Source: Desmophyllum pertusum
Lineage: Eukaryota
Reading direction: 5' to 3'
NCBI GenBank assembly: GCA_029204205.1
Contig: MU825873.1
Span: 7,136,407 to 7,200,406 of the forward strand
DNA length: 64,000 nucleotides
The notes under the pieces are model-generated. The model did not search any database. It worked only from the letters and a program-made list of their open reading frames with translations, and had not been told where the DNA came from. Below are positions 22,809-34,450 of this stretch, piece by piece (within the stretch, counting starts at the first letter, position 1; every line of letters starts with the position of its first letter). Both the position numbers and the translations under genes were made by a program.

Positions 22809-23496
22809 GTATGTCAGGAACTAGTTATGTTTTAGAATTGGTACCTCTTAGGGATGAAAATGAATTTGAGCCACACCCACAACATGAGATTCTGGTTCTT
22901 TTCAAAATTTCCGACGATCACCGGGCTGTCATTTATATATGGGGGCCCCCCTGACAACACTCAATGAGCCTTTGATTATTTTGGTCAGCTTATACTTTCA
23001 TTAATTTAACGGCAAAGTACATCAGATGTACTTTCTTGCTGCAAATAATTGGTTAATCAAGATGATAAAATTATTTACGAGTACATGGCTGCGGCGTAAT
23101 TAAATTGCTTATGAATTTCTACCACTATCAAAAATTAACGCTTCTAAATATATGCCTTTTCAATTTTTTTTCCCATTGGTATTATTAATAAAACCACTCA
23201 GTTTTCTTTTGTGAAATACTGTTAATAGTTATATTGTCCCAAAACAGATTTCAAATAAAGCGATTATGTAAACAAAGCGAGAAAAACTCACTGTAAATTA
23301 ATGTGGATCAAATATCCCCACGTGCCAGTGAGACTTGAGACTCTGTATGGGTATTTCCAACAAAATCAAAGTCGCGACGATTGCCATTATAAAACGACAA
23401 TCTCAGAGATTGAAGTGACGATTTACAAATAATTATCGTGGTCAGATAGAAAATATCAAATGCGTGAAATGTTACAGAAAATTACAGACACAAAAA

Positions 23497-23908
23497 CCCC
23501 GGGGGGTACTCCCTATAATGGACTATACGGGGAGGCTCCGCCCGAAAGGGGTCCTTTTTTAGGCTCGAGGTATGTGAAAGGGTAGGGATTTCACGAGTTG
23601 AAGTATATGAAAGGGTAGGGATTTCACGAGTAAATGAGTAAATGATATTATTGTTTGGTTAACATCTCTACTGGTAATGCTTGATGATTTCTGGTGATAT
23701 ATATTGTTCATTAAGTTCATTACAAGGGTATAGAAAAGGGATGCAGAGCTTCTACTGTAGGTATGTGAAAGGGGTACCATTTTCATAATTTCTATGGAAG
23801 GTATATGAAAGGGGTACCTTTTCTGTGAAAAATGGTATATGAAAGGGTAAGGGGTTGGACCTCTGGGCGGAGCTTCCCCGTATAAAACTTTTTTGAGTAC
23901 CCCCCCGG
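23497..23908. mobile_element. MITE, same TIR family, copy 3 (in MVP intron 4)
   Basis: TIRs are ccccggggggtactccc ... gagtacccccccggg. The internal subrepeats differ (GGTATGTGAAAGGGTAGGGATTTCACGAG). It is flanked by ACAAAAAC on both sides, an 8-bp TSD. Confidence 0.7.
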
Positions 23909-24061
23909 GACAAAAACAACGATTTTGTTTAAAAAATCGACGATTTGTTAAAAATGTGCGACAAAATCAAAGTCTGCAGGTACCCATAGAGAGGCTCAGA
24001 CTTCAGTGGTTAACTAACTTTAATTATTAGCTTGTGCTGTTGTCCTTCTAATACAAAACAG

Positions 24062-24183
24062 GATCGTGATGGTACCCTGCGTGTGGCTGGGGAAGAGTGG
24101 CTTGTTAAAAGATTGGTGCGTACCTTCCAGGTGCTTATGAGGAAGTGGTGGATGTTGTTAATGCCTATGTGTTGACAGAGAAG
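24062..24183 (+). CDS. MVP: major vault protein, coding exon 5 (apparent 1-nt frameshift in an A4 run)
   Basis: Acceptor acaaaacag|GAT. Frame 0 gives [16 protein letters not shown], then the frame is lost. Reading one nt later gives [25 protein letters not shown], which matches MVP ([23 protein letters not shown]). The exon is 122 nt where 123 are expected. The missing base maps to gttaaaagatt, which has 4 A where 5 are needed. Donor gtgagg. The next exon is back in phase 0. Confidence 0.8.
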
Positions 24184-24666
24184 GTGAGGACAACTCAGCA
24201 GGGTTCAAGCTATTGCCTGTTCCAAAGTTCAGAAAGGGACTGGGCTCTAGTTTACCCATTGTTCAAATTGCATCATATTAAGAAATGAATCCCGTCACCA
24301 GACAGATTGCATGAAAATGAGTAAGTTTACCAAGTTTGGTTATGTTACATTACATAGTAACCAGGCTGTGAGCTGTCAGATTGAGGTCACCCAAATTCAA
24401 CAAAATGTCTCTAATTCAGAGCTGGCGTCCCCCAAATCCATACAAATTCATACTTGTCTAATCTTTCTGATTTTGAAAGCTTTCTACAGCACAAACCAAC
24501 GAAACAACCCCAAACTTAGTAAACTGACTAATTTTAATGGAACAAATTAAAATAAAAAATGGACAATACAGAATGCAAGATGCTGTAACTAAAATATAAT
24601 CTTTGTGTCATCTGGCCACAAGGCATACTTGTGTGGCTTACTGGTCTGTGTGTGAGTTGAAACTGT

Positions 24667-24782
24667 GCTGTACTGTACTGTACTGTAAGTACTGTAAGCA
24701 TTGTACTACTGTACTGTACTGTGAGTACTGTACTGTACTGTGAGTACTGTACTGTAAGTACTGTACTGCAAGTACTGTACTG
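24667..24782. repeat. (GTACT)n microsatellite (continues at 25030-25090 after the MITE insertion)
   Basis: tactgtactgtactgtaagtactg... pentamer repeats. Confidence 0.8.
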
Positions 24783-25029
24783 CAGGGCCCGGTTGTTGGA
24801 AAACCGATTAATGCTAATCCAGGATTAAAAGTTAATCAAGCTTTTAATTTCTCTTGTATAAAAGTGTTTTTCTATGCTAATGTTTTGTAAAGTTTGAGAT
24901 TAGTCAAAGTCAAATCAGAAGGACAAAAAATATAAACAGAAAACCTCACTGAAAAGTTACATTTAACTGAAATCAAAATTTGCGCTAATCCTGGATTAGC
25001 TTAATCGTCCTTTGAACAACCCGGCCCTG
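24783..25029. mobile_element. MITE with ~15-bp TIRs (CAGGGCCCGGTTGTT...AACAACCCGGCCCTG) inserted into a (GTACT)n microsatellite
   Basis: Terminal inverted repeats are read directly. The microsatellite continues on both sides (24667-24782 and 25030-25090). The internal sequence is homologous to 160-435. Confidence 0.7.
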
Positions 25030-25185
25030 TACTGTAAGTACTGTACTGTAAGTACTGTAAGTGTACTGTACTGTAAGTACTGTACTGTATTGAAGCCGGC
25101 CAAATTAACTTTTAAGTTTCTGAAAGTCATAGATATAGATCACCTGGCATATTGTCTTATTTTATCTTGTTCCATCTTATTTCAG

Positions 25186-25311
25186 AAAGCTCTACACCTG
25201 CGATCCACACGGACATTCAAAGATGATAAAGGAATTTTGCATAAAAATGGAGAAGAGTGGTTAATTACCATGGCAGACACAGAGGCTCACATTCCAAATG
25301 TGTATGAAGAG
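25186..25311 (+). CDS. MVP: major vault protein, coding exon 6
   Basis: Acceptor ttatttcag|AAA. Translation KALHLRSTRTFKDDKGILHKNGEEWLITMADTEAHIPNVYEE, against human [42 protein letters not shown]. Donor gtaatc. The frame is anchored by the track ORF at 25012. Confidence 0.9.
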
Positions 25312-26456
25312 GTAATCCATGCATTCTTAATTTCATCAACTAACCCTTGGTTCCTTATGAAGCCAGGTTCTTATGTGTTGATGGCATGCCTGTGATGCTG
25401 CCATGGGTATTTAACAGTCATGGAATTTTTGACGGACTCTGCCCAGGACTGAATCTATCTTTTCATTGGTTTTATTTTCTGTGGTTACCACAAATGGTTG
25501 GCTTACAATCTTGAAGATCTACACACGTTCTGGTACACTTACTAGATTGACTATCAAACAAAATGGCATTCACGTTATAGCAATCTATAGCTAGAGAGGA
25601 CTCAAGTGTGTTTCCTCATGAAAACCCGTAGTTTTTCTTACATTCGCTCATTTGCTCCAAAGTCTGCTGGAATATTCATCACTACAGCACTGCACTGCAT
25701 AAATTAATAATCATAAATTAAAGTTTACAGCCCATCGAGCGACCGGGCGAGCAAGTGAAAAATTTGCATATCAGTTTCCACAGCTAAACTCGTTTCATAA
25801 CATTCACTCGGTTATTTTTCGGTTATTTTTCACCATATTTTAGACATATTTTCTGTTAATAATACATGTACCAAATTTAACATTTTGGGTAGATTGACTA
25901 GTGTCGGTTCTTTTTAGTCCTTTCCCAATGCATCTTGTTGGTGATAGTTCAGTGTGGTACATTTGTTTTTTATCTCGGTTTGATGACGTCATCCCCGAGA
26001 TATAGGGGTAGAATACCGAAAGTGAAAGTATGCTTGTATTCACTTATAGCGTTATGCTGGCATTACACTTGTCTGGGTTTTGCAACAAGACAATTTTTTA
26101 TGGCTCGTTTGAATTTAAAAATGAACTCAATCATAACATAAGAAAAATGTAACTTACAATCTCAATGAATGTATTAACTCATATACAATGTACATCTCTG
26201 AGAATAAGGGGACAGGTATAAATCACAAAAATAAAATTCATCTACAGGTCAGATCCAACCAGTAGGCCTGTGACCTTGATCTCAATTCACTGGTAAATAT
26301 CTTGCAATAGATTACCGACAGTCACAGCACAACATATGTTCCCATAGGCAGTCATTTTTGGTTGCTGCACTATTTCAAACAAACTGTATTTTCATGAAGC
26401 CAGCAAGAGTGATTGTCATTCCACAGGCTAAATAATTGTCTGTTTCCATGTTACAG

Positions 26457-26567
26457 GTTGTAGGAGTTGTTGATATCACAACATTGAACAATCGGCAGTA
26501 CTGTGTCATTCTAGATCCAGTTGATAAAGATGGTAAACCCCAGCTGGGACAAAAGAGACTTGTCAAG
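26457..26567 (+). CDS. MVP: major vault protein, coding exon 7
   Basis: Acceptor catgttacag|GTT. Translation [37 protein letters not shown], against human [37 protein letters not shown]. Donor gtacca. Confidence 0.9.
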
Positions 26568-28477
26568 GTACCAATTACAGTTGTGTTGTTTTGATGAGTT
26601 GTCTATATAAGACCCAAGACCCCTCTCTATAAAAACACATTATAAGTACATATATATAAGCATCATTAATTGAGGTCTCCAGCTCCACATCACTATTCAT
26701 ACATTTCTGTGGTTTATTATTCTACTATTACATCATTTCACCATATATGGTCACGAGAACACATAAAATATGCCACGGTATTGACTAGTTGAACAGAGCG
26801 AATAAGGAAAATAGCATAATAGTCGGGAAATTTTGCAGTAGAATAATAAATCCCTTATTCGATGGTTTAACATATAATACGAGCAGACATTTTGCTCATT
26901 GCTCGCATTTTTCCTCACCCCTATGGGGCTCGGAAAAATACTACGCAACTCGCAAAATATCCGTGCGTATTATATGTTAAACCATCGAATAAGGTGTATT
27001 TATTGGCTGATTATATATAAATAGACCACGTGGGATTATGTTAGGATTTCAAACACAATAAGTGTTCTTCCCACGTCACATACATGTGGTCAATTGCTGT
27101 GGTAAACCATAGAAATATATTATACATGTACATTACTGTACATTGCATTTCATTTCATTTAATTTATATTCCATTACATATATTCCAGTACATTTTATTA
27201 CATTTATTTACCAAATATAATTGCAGATCAAATATCACCACGTGCGAGACTCAAGATTCAAGTTGTTCATTTATTTCACTTGAAAACCTAAAATTCCCCG
27301 CTAAAGATGAACAAATGAAAGAAACTTAATTTCCATTCAACGTGTTCAAAAGTGTAAAGTAAAAGCAATCACCAAAAAATCAACTTTTGCTTTCAGCGTA
27401 TAATATAAAATTGCTTTTACAGTCATTTGATCAATTGATGGCTTTAAAAATCCTTACACTTGGGATCCACATTCAAAGCAATAAATTACACCTTTACCAT
27501 TTCGCTTTCAGAAGTCTTGTGAAAATCCACAAGTCTGTGAATTGTATTTTGATGCGACGCCGGCTGATCATGTCTTCCCAGCTAGCAGCCGGCAAAGGAG
27601 AGTATAAATTCTCTTCCAGCAAGGTTTCTTCAGTCTGTACTCGGGGATCATCCATTTTGAAGCCACTTAGAAATTAATAATAATTATTGGTGTTTCTCCT
27701 TTTCATTTCAAGCTTCAAAGAGGTAATTTTCCTTGTTAAAAATGAAAACAAGGCCCTGAAGTTTTTTACATTCATGCCCGGACATGCAAGACATGCCATA
27801 CTTTTCTTTTTCATTTGATCTGCGCAAGATCAAGACAAAAAACCTTCTTTCTAGGCCCCGTAGAGTTCTCTAAAAATATGTGCAAAAGACGGATTTTGAT
27901 TGGTTTATTTGTCCTCTAAAATAATAGAACAATAGGGGAACCAAAAACTCTCCAGAGAGGGAGGGCAAGTGAATTTGTCAGCACATTTTTTTTCTGGCTG
28001 GTTTTGGCTGGTTCATGAAATTCAGGGATCGTTGCGCCTGGCCGGTTTCAGCTGGTTTCGGCCAGTTTAGTAGTCAATGGGTTAATATCGTAGGGATCTT
28101 GGACACATGACCCAGTACCCACAACCCACCCACTCACCCACACCAATTAGTCAATCTTGTGTACTCTTATAGACAACAGTATGTATGTACTGTTATAGAC
28201 AGCAGTATAACATCATAGCATGGTCAAAACAGAGCGAGGAATCGCAATCAGGATCGAATGTGTTAATATATATTCCACAACTGTTTTTACACTGAGTCAT
28301 GACCAATAATTATCAGTGAGAAACATCAGAAACAAGTGGTGATAATGAATGTTTAGCCTTGCTGGTTCTGTTGGTTGCTGTCAATTTGCATGAATCAGAA
28401 AACAAAGTACTGTATTCTGTTTTATATTAAATTTTGTATGTTCTTTATACTGTCTTGTTTTTCACTGATCAATACAG

Positions 28478-28609
28478 GGAGAGAAGTCGTTCTTCTTGTT
28501 GCCGGGGGAAAAGCTTGAACAAGGCATCCAAGATGTGTTTATTCTTGGTGAGGACGAGGGATTAATTCTGAAAGCAAATGAAGCTTTTATGGATATTGAT
28601 GGAAAGGAG
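28478..28609 (+). CDS. MVP: major vault protein, coding exon 8
   Basis: Acceptor tcaatacag|GGA. Translation [44 protein letters not shown], against human [34 protein letters not shown]. Donor gtaatg. The frame is anchored by the track ORF at 28496. Confidence 0.9.
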
Positions 28610-29849
28610 GTAATGTTTTTTAAATTATACAAATTTCACAGTTTACATTGTACATGTACCTCACAGCCTTATTTTAGTGCGACACCTTGCTGAGGTATCA
28701 CTTGAACTTGCTGAGTTCTAAATAATTTAGATTTTTGTATCCATGCATGCAGTGTCCATAAATCAGAACTCTGATATAATGATCAACCAAAATAATGTTA
28801 AGTTGCCATAATGATCGTGTCTAATAGTTTCATGTCTGCAGCAAGTCAGTTGAGAGTAAATTATCAGCTGAACATCAAAAACATCTTGCGTGAAAAGTGA
28901 TGACGTCATAAGTGGTACAAGTCTGTGGTCTCCTCACGGCTGGTTTTGGCCAGTTTAGGAGTCAATGGGTTAAACTGGAGTTTCACTATATATTAGATTT
29001 AATTAAACAATTTGCTAATGGGAGGTCTTTAAGTAAATATTAATATACCTTTCTTTTAAATACAGGCTATCTAAATATTTTTATTTTTTATTATCAACCA
29101 AGGCTGGTGGGGAATACAAAATTTATATTATTATTATTTAAAGGGAATCTCGGCTGAAAAACAGTTTTAGCTCCAACGTATACTTAATATTTCCGTAACT
29201 GGTTCGAATGCAAAGAGTTCTGTTTTCAGTTTAAATATCCCGCACGCCGCCATGTATCATTATGGTAATTTTATGAGGTCATTGCATTGTCGGTCTTTAA
29301 TTTGGAGTCTACGGAAGAAGATTTTGCGGTTATTTATAGTGAGCCGGAATACACATTAGATGCACGTACATATCTCTAATTTCACACAATGCTGACTTAA
29401 GTTGACGTATTGAAAACTAAAAGTGAATTAAAGCGTCAAAGGACCGCGAACAAAGATCTTTATATACTGTAAATAATTTTAATGTCCCTACAAAGATCTT
29501 TATATATTGTAAATAATTTTATATAATTGTATAATTATTTTTTTGTAGCCAATAATTAGTTTTTGTAGCCAACATAGTTTTTTAGACGAGTATTTTAGCA
29601 ATAATTATTAGTAATGTATACATAGTGTCCCCATTTAGTGGTTCATAACTGCTATTCCAGTCAGACACTTAAATAAAGGTTTTATTTATTTATTATTATT
29701 ATTATTCTAGGTAATTTATGGGCTTACCTTACCTATCTTGCTTGCTCTGGTAGCCAATCACAAGACATGATTTACTTCATCTTGCTTGCTCACAGAGCCA
29801 GCCATATAATAGGTTAGCATACAATAATTTATAGTAATTATTTGTGCAG

Positions 29850-30156
29850 AAAGAGGTTCCAAGACGGCCTGGTGATCGCTGGATGATCCGTGGACCCAGT
29901 GAATATGTTCCTCCTGTTGAAGTAGAAGTTGTTGCACGAAGAAAAGCCATTCCCCTTGATGAAAATGAAGGAATCTATATTCGGGACATTAAGACTGGAA
30001 GGGTGAGAGCTGTGTGTGGTCAGACCTATATGTTGACCCAAGATGAAGAGCTCTGGGAAAAGGAACTTCCTCCAACTGTTGAACAACTGCTAGCAGGAGG
30101 AAAGGATCCCCTGGCTGACCGTGGCACAAGAAATGTTGTTGTACCAGAGATTTCTA
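29850..30156 (+). CDS. MVP: major vault protein, coding exon 9
   Basis: Acceptor tatttgtgcag|AAA. Translation [102 protein letters not shown], against human [74 protein letters not shown]. Donor gtaagt, exon ends in phase 1. Confidence 0.92.
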
Positions 30157-30516
30157 GTAAGTCTTTTTTACAAAGAGTAATAACTAGATTTATGTGACCT
30201 TACACAAGAAAACATACACTAATGCTTAATTACCTGTTAAACGGGCAAAAACTATAATAAATTATCAAGAATGGCAAACGCTTTTGGAGGCCGTTTGAAT
30301 GCTTTGCCAGAAATCCCCAAAAATATGTTCTAATAATTTATTGATAGCTCCAGGCATTCCAACATGCAGGGATATATTTCTAAAATTATGTTTATTTTAA
30401 CTCCCTTACCAGGGTTATAATAATTTAATTTTCAAAAATTAGAAATCAAGAAATGGAAAAACTAGTAAAATTATACATGTGAAAAATTAGACAATAATAA
30501 TCAAAAGGCTCTTTGT

Positions 30517-31450
30517 GCAAATCTTGTTTAAGCATAGAAAACCCAAGCATAATATTTGCATATCAATGTATTTACAAATATAAGAGTTTGTATGGGATTT
30601 CAAACGGAACATTTTGAGCAATAAATAAAACTGAAATTACTGAATAAAGTTCAGGAAACATTACATGGTGTTGTTTGCTATCCTTACAATGTGTTTAAAC
30701 GCAATTTTGAACGATTTTAGTTCAAGTTACCTTACCATGTATTATATAGTGAGAAGGAAGGAGTGTTCCGGCTGAATAATTAGAATAACAATGGAATCAT
30801 CTAATTCACCGCTCGACTCGTCTCGAAATTCGCTCGAATTAATTTCCGCACTAAAATAGGTTTAATGCTCCCAGTTTGACTTAACGCCTCGATAATAGCA
30901 TGTCACACAAATGTCTTTGGGAAAACCAATTGGACATACCTCGTTATCCAAAGGAATTGGACGCTCTACAAATTCAAAAACTGTTTCAAAATATGTCCGT
31001 GAAGCTCACAATTGTCCCGCTTGAGCGCAGTTAGCACTGGACACCAGTCAAATTAAGCCCCAATGGGGAGGGTCACCTACTTTTGATCTTTGTTCCGTCG
31101 ATCAAAAGTAGTAGTATATATTTTAGTGCGGAAATTCGAGCGAATTTCGAGACGAGTCGAGCGGTGAATTCGATGATTCCATTGTTATTCTAATTATTCA
31201 GCCGGAACACTCCTTCCTTCTCACTATGGACACTATATATACATGGTAAGGTAACTTGAACTAAAATCGCTCAAAATTACGTTTAAACACATTGTAAGGA
31301 TAGCAAACAACACCATGTAATGTTTCCTGAACTTTATTCAGTAATTTCAATTTTATTTATTGCTCAAAATGTTCCGTTTGAAATCCCATACAAACTCTTA
31401 TATTTGTAAATACATTGATATGCAAATACATTGATATGCAAATATTATGC
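30517..31450. mobile_element. ~930-bp foldback element (arms ~340 bp, loop ~250 bp) in MVP intron 9
   Basis: 30517-30860 is the reverse complement of 31110-31450 (GCATAGAAAACCCAAGCATAATATTTGCATATCAATG...). The flanks are TTTAA on the left and TTTAAG on the right. Confidence 0.75.
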
Positions 31451-32817
31451 TTGGGTTTCCTATGGTTTAAGAGTTACAGTTAAACCTCTCTGACTACAAC
31501 AACGGCCACTCTGGGCAGAATTAACTGGCCGTACAAAGTGAGATGGCTGTTTGTTGTAGTAGGTTTCATCGAGAGTTAAGTGTGATCAAGATAAATTAAT
31601 ATACATTACTGGGGAAAGCAGTTATTTTTGAATTTATATAAAAGTGAACTGAAAATGCAGCTGAAGCTCTATGAACACGCTGGTGAGTGATCAGCTGCAA
31701 CTAACTTTAGGATTTACAAATGTTTTTCCTTTGTTTTTTAAACCTGGAACAAGCCTATAAAAGGACATGGAATAGTACTTTGTTGGCTTGAATCGACCAG
31801 AAAAGGCTTACAGTACTTGAGAAATGAAACGAAATGGTACTTTGCGAAATGATATTTTGCGATATGGTAAAATAAAATAAATAATAAATAATAATGTAAT
31901 CACCACGTGAGTTTGTGTGCAAATCAGGATGCCATTTAACATCCAACATGATAACAACGTTATTTAAGGACGGTGCCTCCTTAAATACCAAAGTATTTTT
32001 GCGCGGTTTATGACTATGCGGGAAAAGCAGATATTAGCAAGCTAAGGGCTATTGGAATCCAAAAAGAAAATTGGGGGTAACCACACATTTTCCAGAGATA
32101 ATCAAGCTTCAATCTGGAAAAAAATGCTGAAATATAAATATTTTTTTTCACAGATTCCCTTTGAATTTGCCTTGACATACACAAAAGCAACAATAAATAT
32201 AAAAAGCTTTAAAATACTTAACAAATGGTAATATAACAACTACTGGAATATGTGTTTTTTAATTAAAAATCATCACAACGTAGCCATTATCAACCCTGAC
32301 AGCTCTCCTCTGGTATACCAAAAATACAGTCTAAATAACTTTTGCACACAACAAAAAATTAATCAATATGTTTAATAGGCTTACCGCTTCCATTTTATAA
32401 CATAAAAAGTAGGGGTCACCACTCGTTTTTGTAAGTTATATTAAGAAAACGACCATATATTTCCCTGCCGAGCTTAGCCTGAAAGAGATTCCGCAATGTT
32501 CTGTATGTGCACGCTAATGATGTGAGAAATTATGCGCAGAACGTATGCGCAGTAACAAAAGGAGGCACTGTCCTTAATGGCATAGCAGGTGCTGGAGTAA
32601 GATAAGAGCGCAAGTCTGAGGGGCGCGTCTCTTTCCCTCACGCGCCCCTCTGACCAACTAGTGCCCAAAGTCACTCCAATGCCTACTGCGCAGGCTATCT
32701 AATACCTAAACCCCTTGGAGATAAAGGCAGAATGTTTCCCAAGTCTTACTGTGAATACGGGAAAGATCAGATTATTACTATGAGCTTGTTGTCGCTAGTG
32801 CGTATCAAGCCTAGAGG

Positions 32818-33596
32818 TTAAAAATTGTGCAGCGTAGATCTGCACTCTGAATTATTAGTGAAGAGCTTTACTAATAGGTACATGTAAGTAAATCGAGAAA
32901 TAACAAAGGGCGGGTCCGGGTGGCCCTCAAGATAAAATTCAAGGAGATCAACGTTAATGGGGGTGCCTGGTTTCAGCCGGGAAATGTATTCATCGGCGTT
33001 TGTGATCACTTGTTTTTGAAGCTTTTCCAGAGTGCTGGCTGTAGTGTGCTGTTGCGGGGTGAGTGTCCTCGCAGTCAGCGACTGAGCAGCAGTGAGGGTA
33101 GGGGCAGGGGTTCCTGATGCAGGGGAATCCCTTGTTAAAATTGCGGCAGGGTTCCCCAAGCTGGGCTGGTCTATCCCTACGGGGAGATAATGGGCAGGAG
33201 TGAGACATATGATCTGCCGCCCCACAAGTAAAACAGGCAGAGCGTGACAGGCCTGTAAACTTCTCTAGATAAAGCTGGGGGTGGATTTTACTCCAGGATA
33301 GAGTAGGGTCCCTGGCAGCCCTCCTCCTGAAATCGATGTCGTAAGACAGCCAGGAAAGACCTAAGAACTTCTTGTGGGCAGACTGTATAATCCACAGCCC
33401 GATGTGGAAAGGCCGATAAGATAATAGTAGAAAAAACGCAAAAAGCCGACAACCATCGATCAAAAGAGTCGATGGGAACCTTCTTAGTTCTTCTCTGGCT
33501 GGGGAATGATAGGGGCAAGGATTCCCCGTTTAAAGTTAAGGTGAGTAAATCGTTAACATTGGGGGAGGTAGTTGAATTTTCGTGCAGCAGCGACAC
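32818..33596 (-). mobile_element. retroelement gag-like fragment with CCHC zinc knuckle (frameshifted)
   Basis: The minus-strand ORF at 32990..33463 contains CFTCGAADHMSHSC, a CX2CX4HX4C motif. Adjacent ORFs sit in other frames (33288..33596 and 32818..33225). No RT follows. Confidence 0.55.
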
Positions 33597-34189
33597 AAAA
33601 TCAATGTACTCACCCTGCGTGATGGCTTTCCTGGTCTTTTCATCTACGTGGGCGGCAATGTCGCCAGAATGTGGGGCTCCAGGTTGGTGAACGAGTAGTT
33701 GTTGGACAGAGTTCGGGTCTCCCAGGTTTATGTTGGATGCGCCAGCGTTGGATGTCGGAGTTGTTGGCTGGGAGATCGCCGGGGAAGGCTTGCTAATTTA
33801 CTATCGACGACGGCCAAGACGATCGCTGTGATTTGTTCAACGAGTTGGGGCTGAACTACGTGTGGTGGATCTTGATCGTCGGCGATCGGTTCCTCTTGGT
33901 GACTGGGATCGGGGACCGAGACAACCGCTGCGTTTGTTGCTGCGTTGGATGACGTTTTCCTTCGTGTTGATCTCGTCCTCGAACCGGCTGGTGTGCGGGT
34001 TGCCGATCGTTTGGCTGCTCGAGATGAGCTGGTGAGACAGGCGATTAATTGTGGTCGTAGGCCCGTGATCGGCAGGTTTTTTTTGCTGGCACAGCAGCCG
34101 AAGAACTTCTGAGATCAGCTGGGTGTAGTCGCTCATTATGATGAGGATAAAACTGTGATGTTTTGGCGGAATACAGGAAAAAGTTCTCA

Positions 34190-34450
34190 ACCTTTCCGCG
34201 CGACTGAGCAGAATGTGGGGATGGCCGAAGGTAGTGGAACTTGGGCATTAACGTGATACGCTTTTCGCAAGCTGATTGGCTGGCGGGTCGACCGCACGTA
34301 ATTGGGCGCTAAGAATAGGTGTGATAAGGGGAGCGTGCCTGAAGTACAAAGTACGCTAGATCGCTTAACGGGAAAAAACATTAGCAAACACGAGGTATGT
34401 TCGTGGTTCAATTGAGCTAAACATTAACTCCAGTTTATGCTTATGCAGAA
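34190..34450. repeat. repeated unit (second copy 11380-11530) carrying an NF-Y-type CCAATCAG box; probably the 5' region of the gag-bearing element
   Basis: TTCCGCG(A/C)GACTGAGCAGAATGTGG, AAGCTGATTGGC(G/T)GG and AATTGAGCTAAACATTA(A)CTCCAGTTTATGCT...GCAGAAACAGCCA are shared by the two copies. Confidence 0.55.

Noticed and set aside
24105-24135. Rescuing the exon-5 frameshift with a 15-nt micro-intron (gtgcgtaccttccag)
   Set aside because: An intron of 15 nt is implausibly short. The downstream frame also requires the KIGAYLP residues that lie before that point. A single-base indel in the A-run explains everything.
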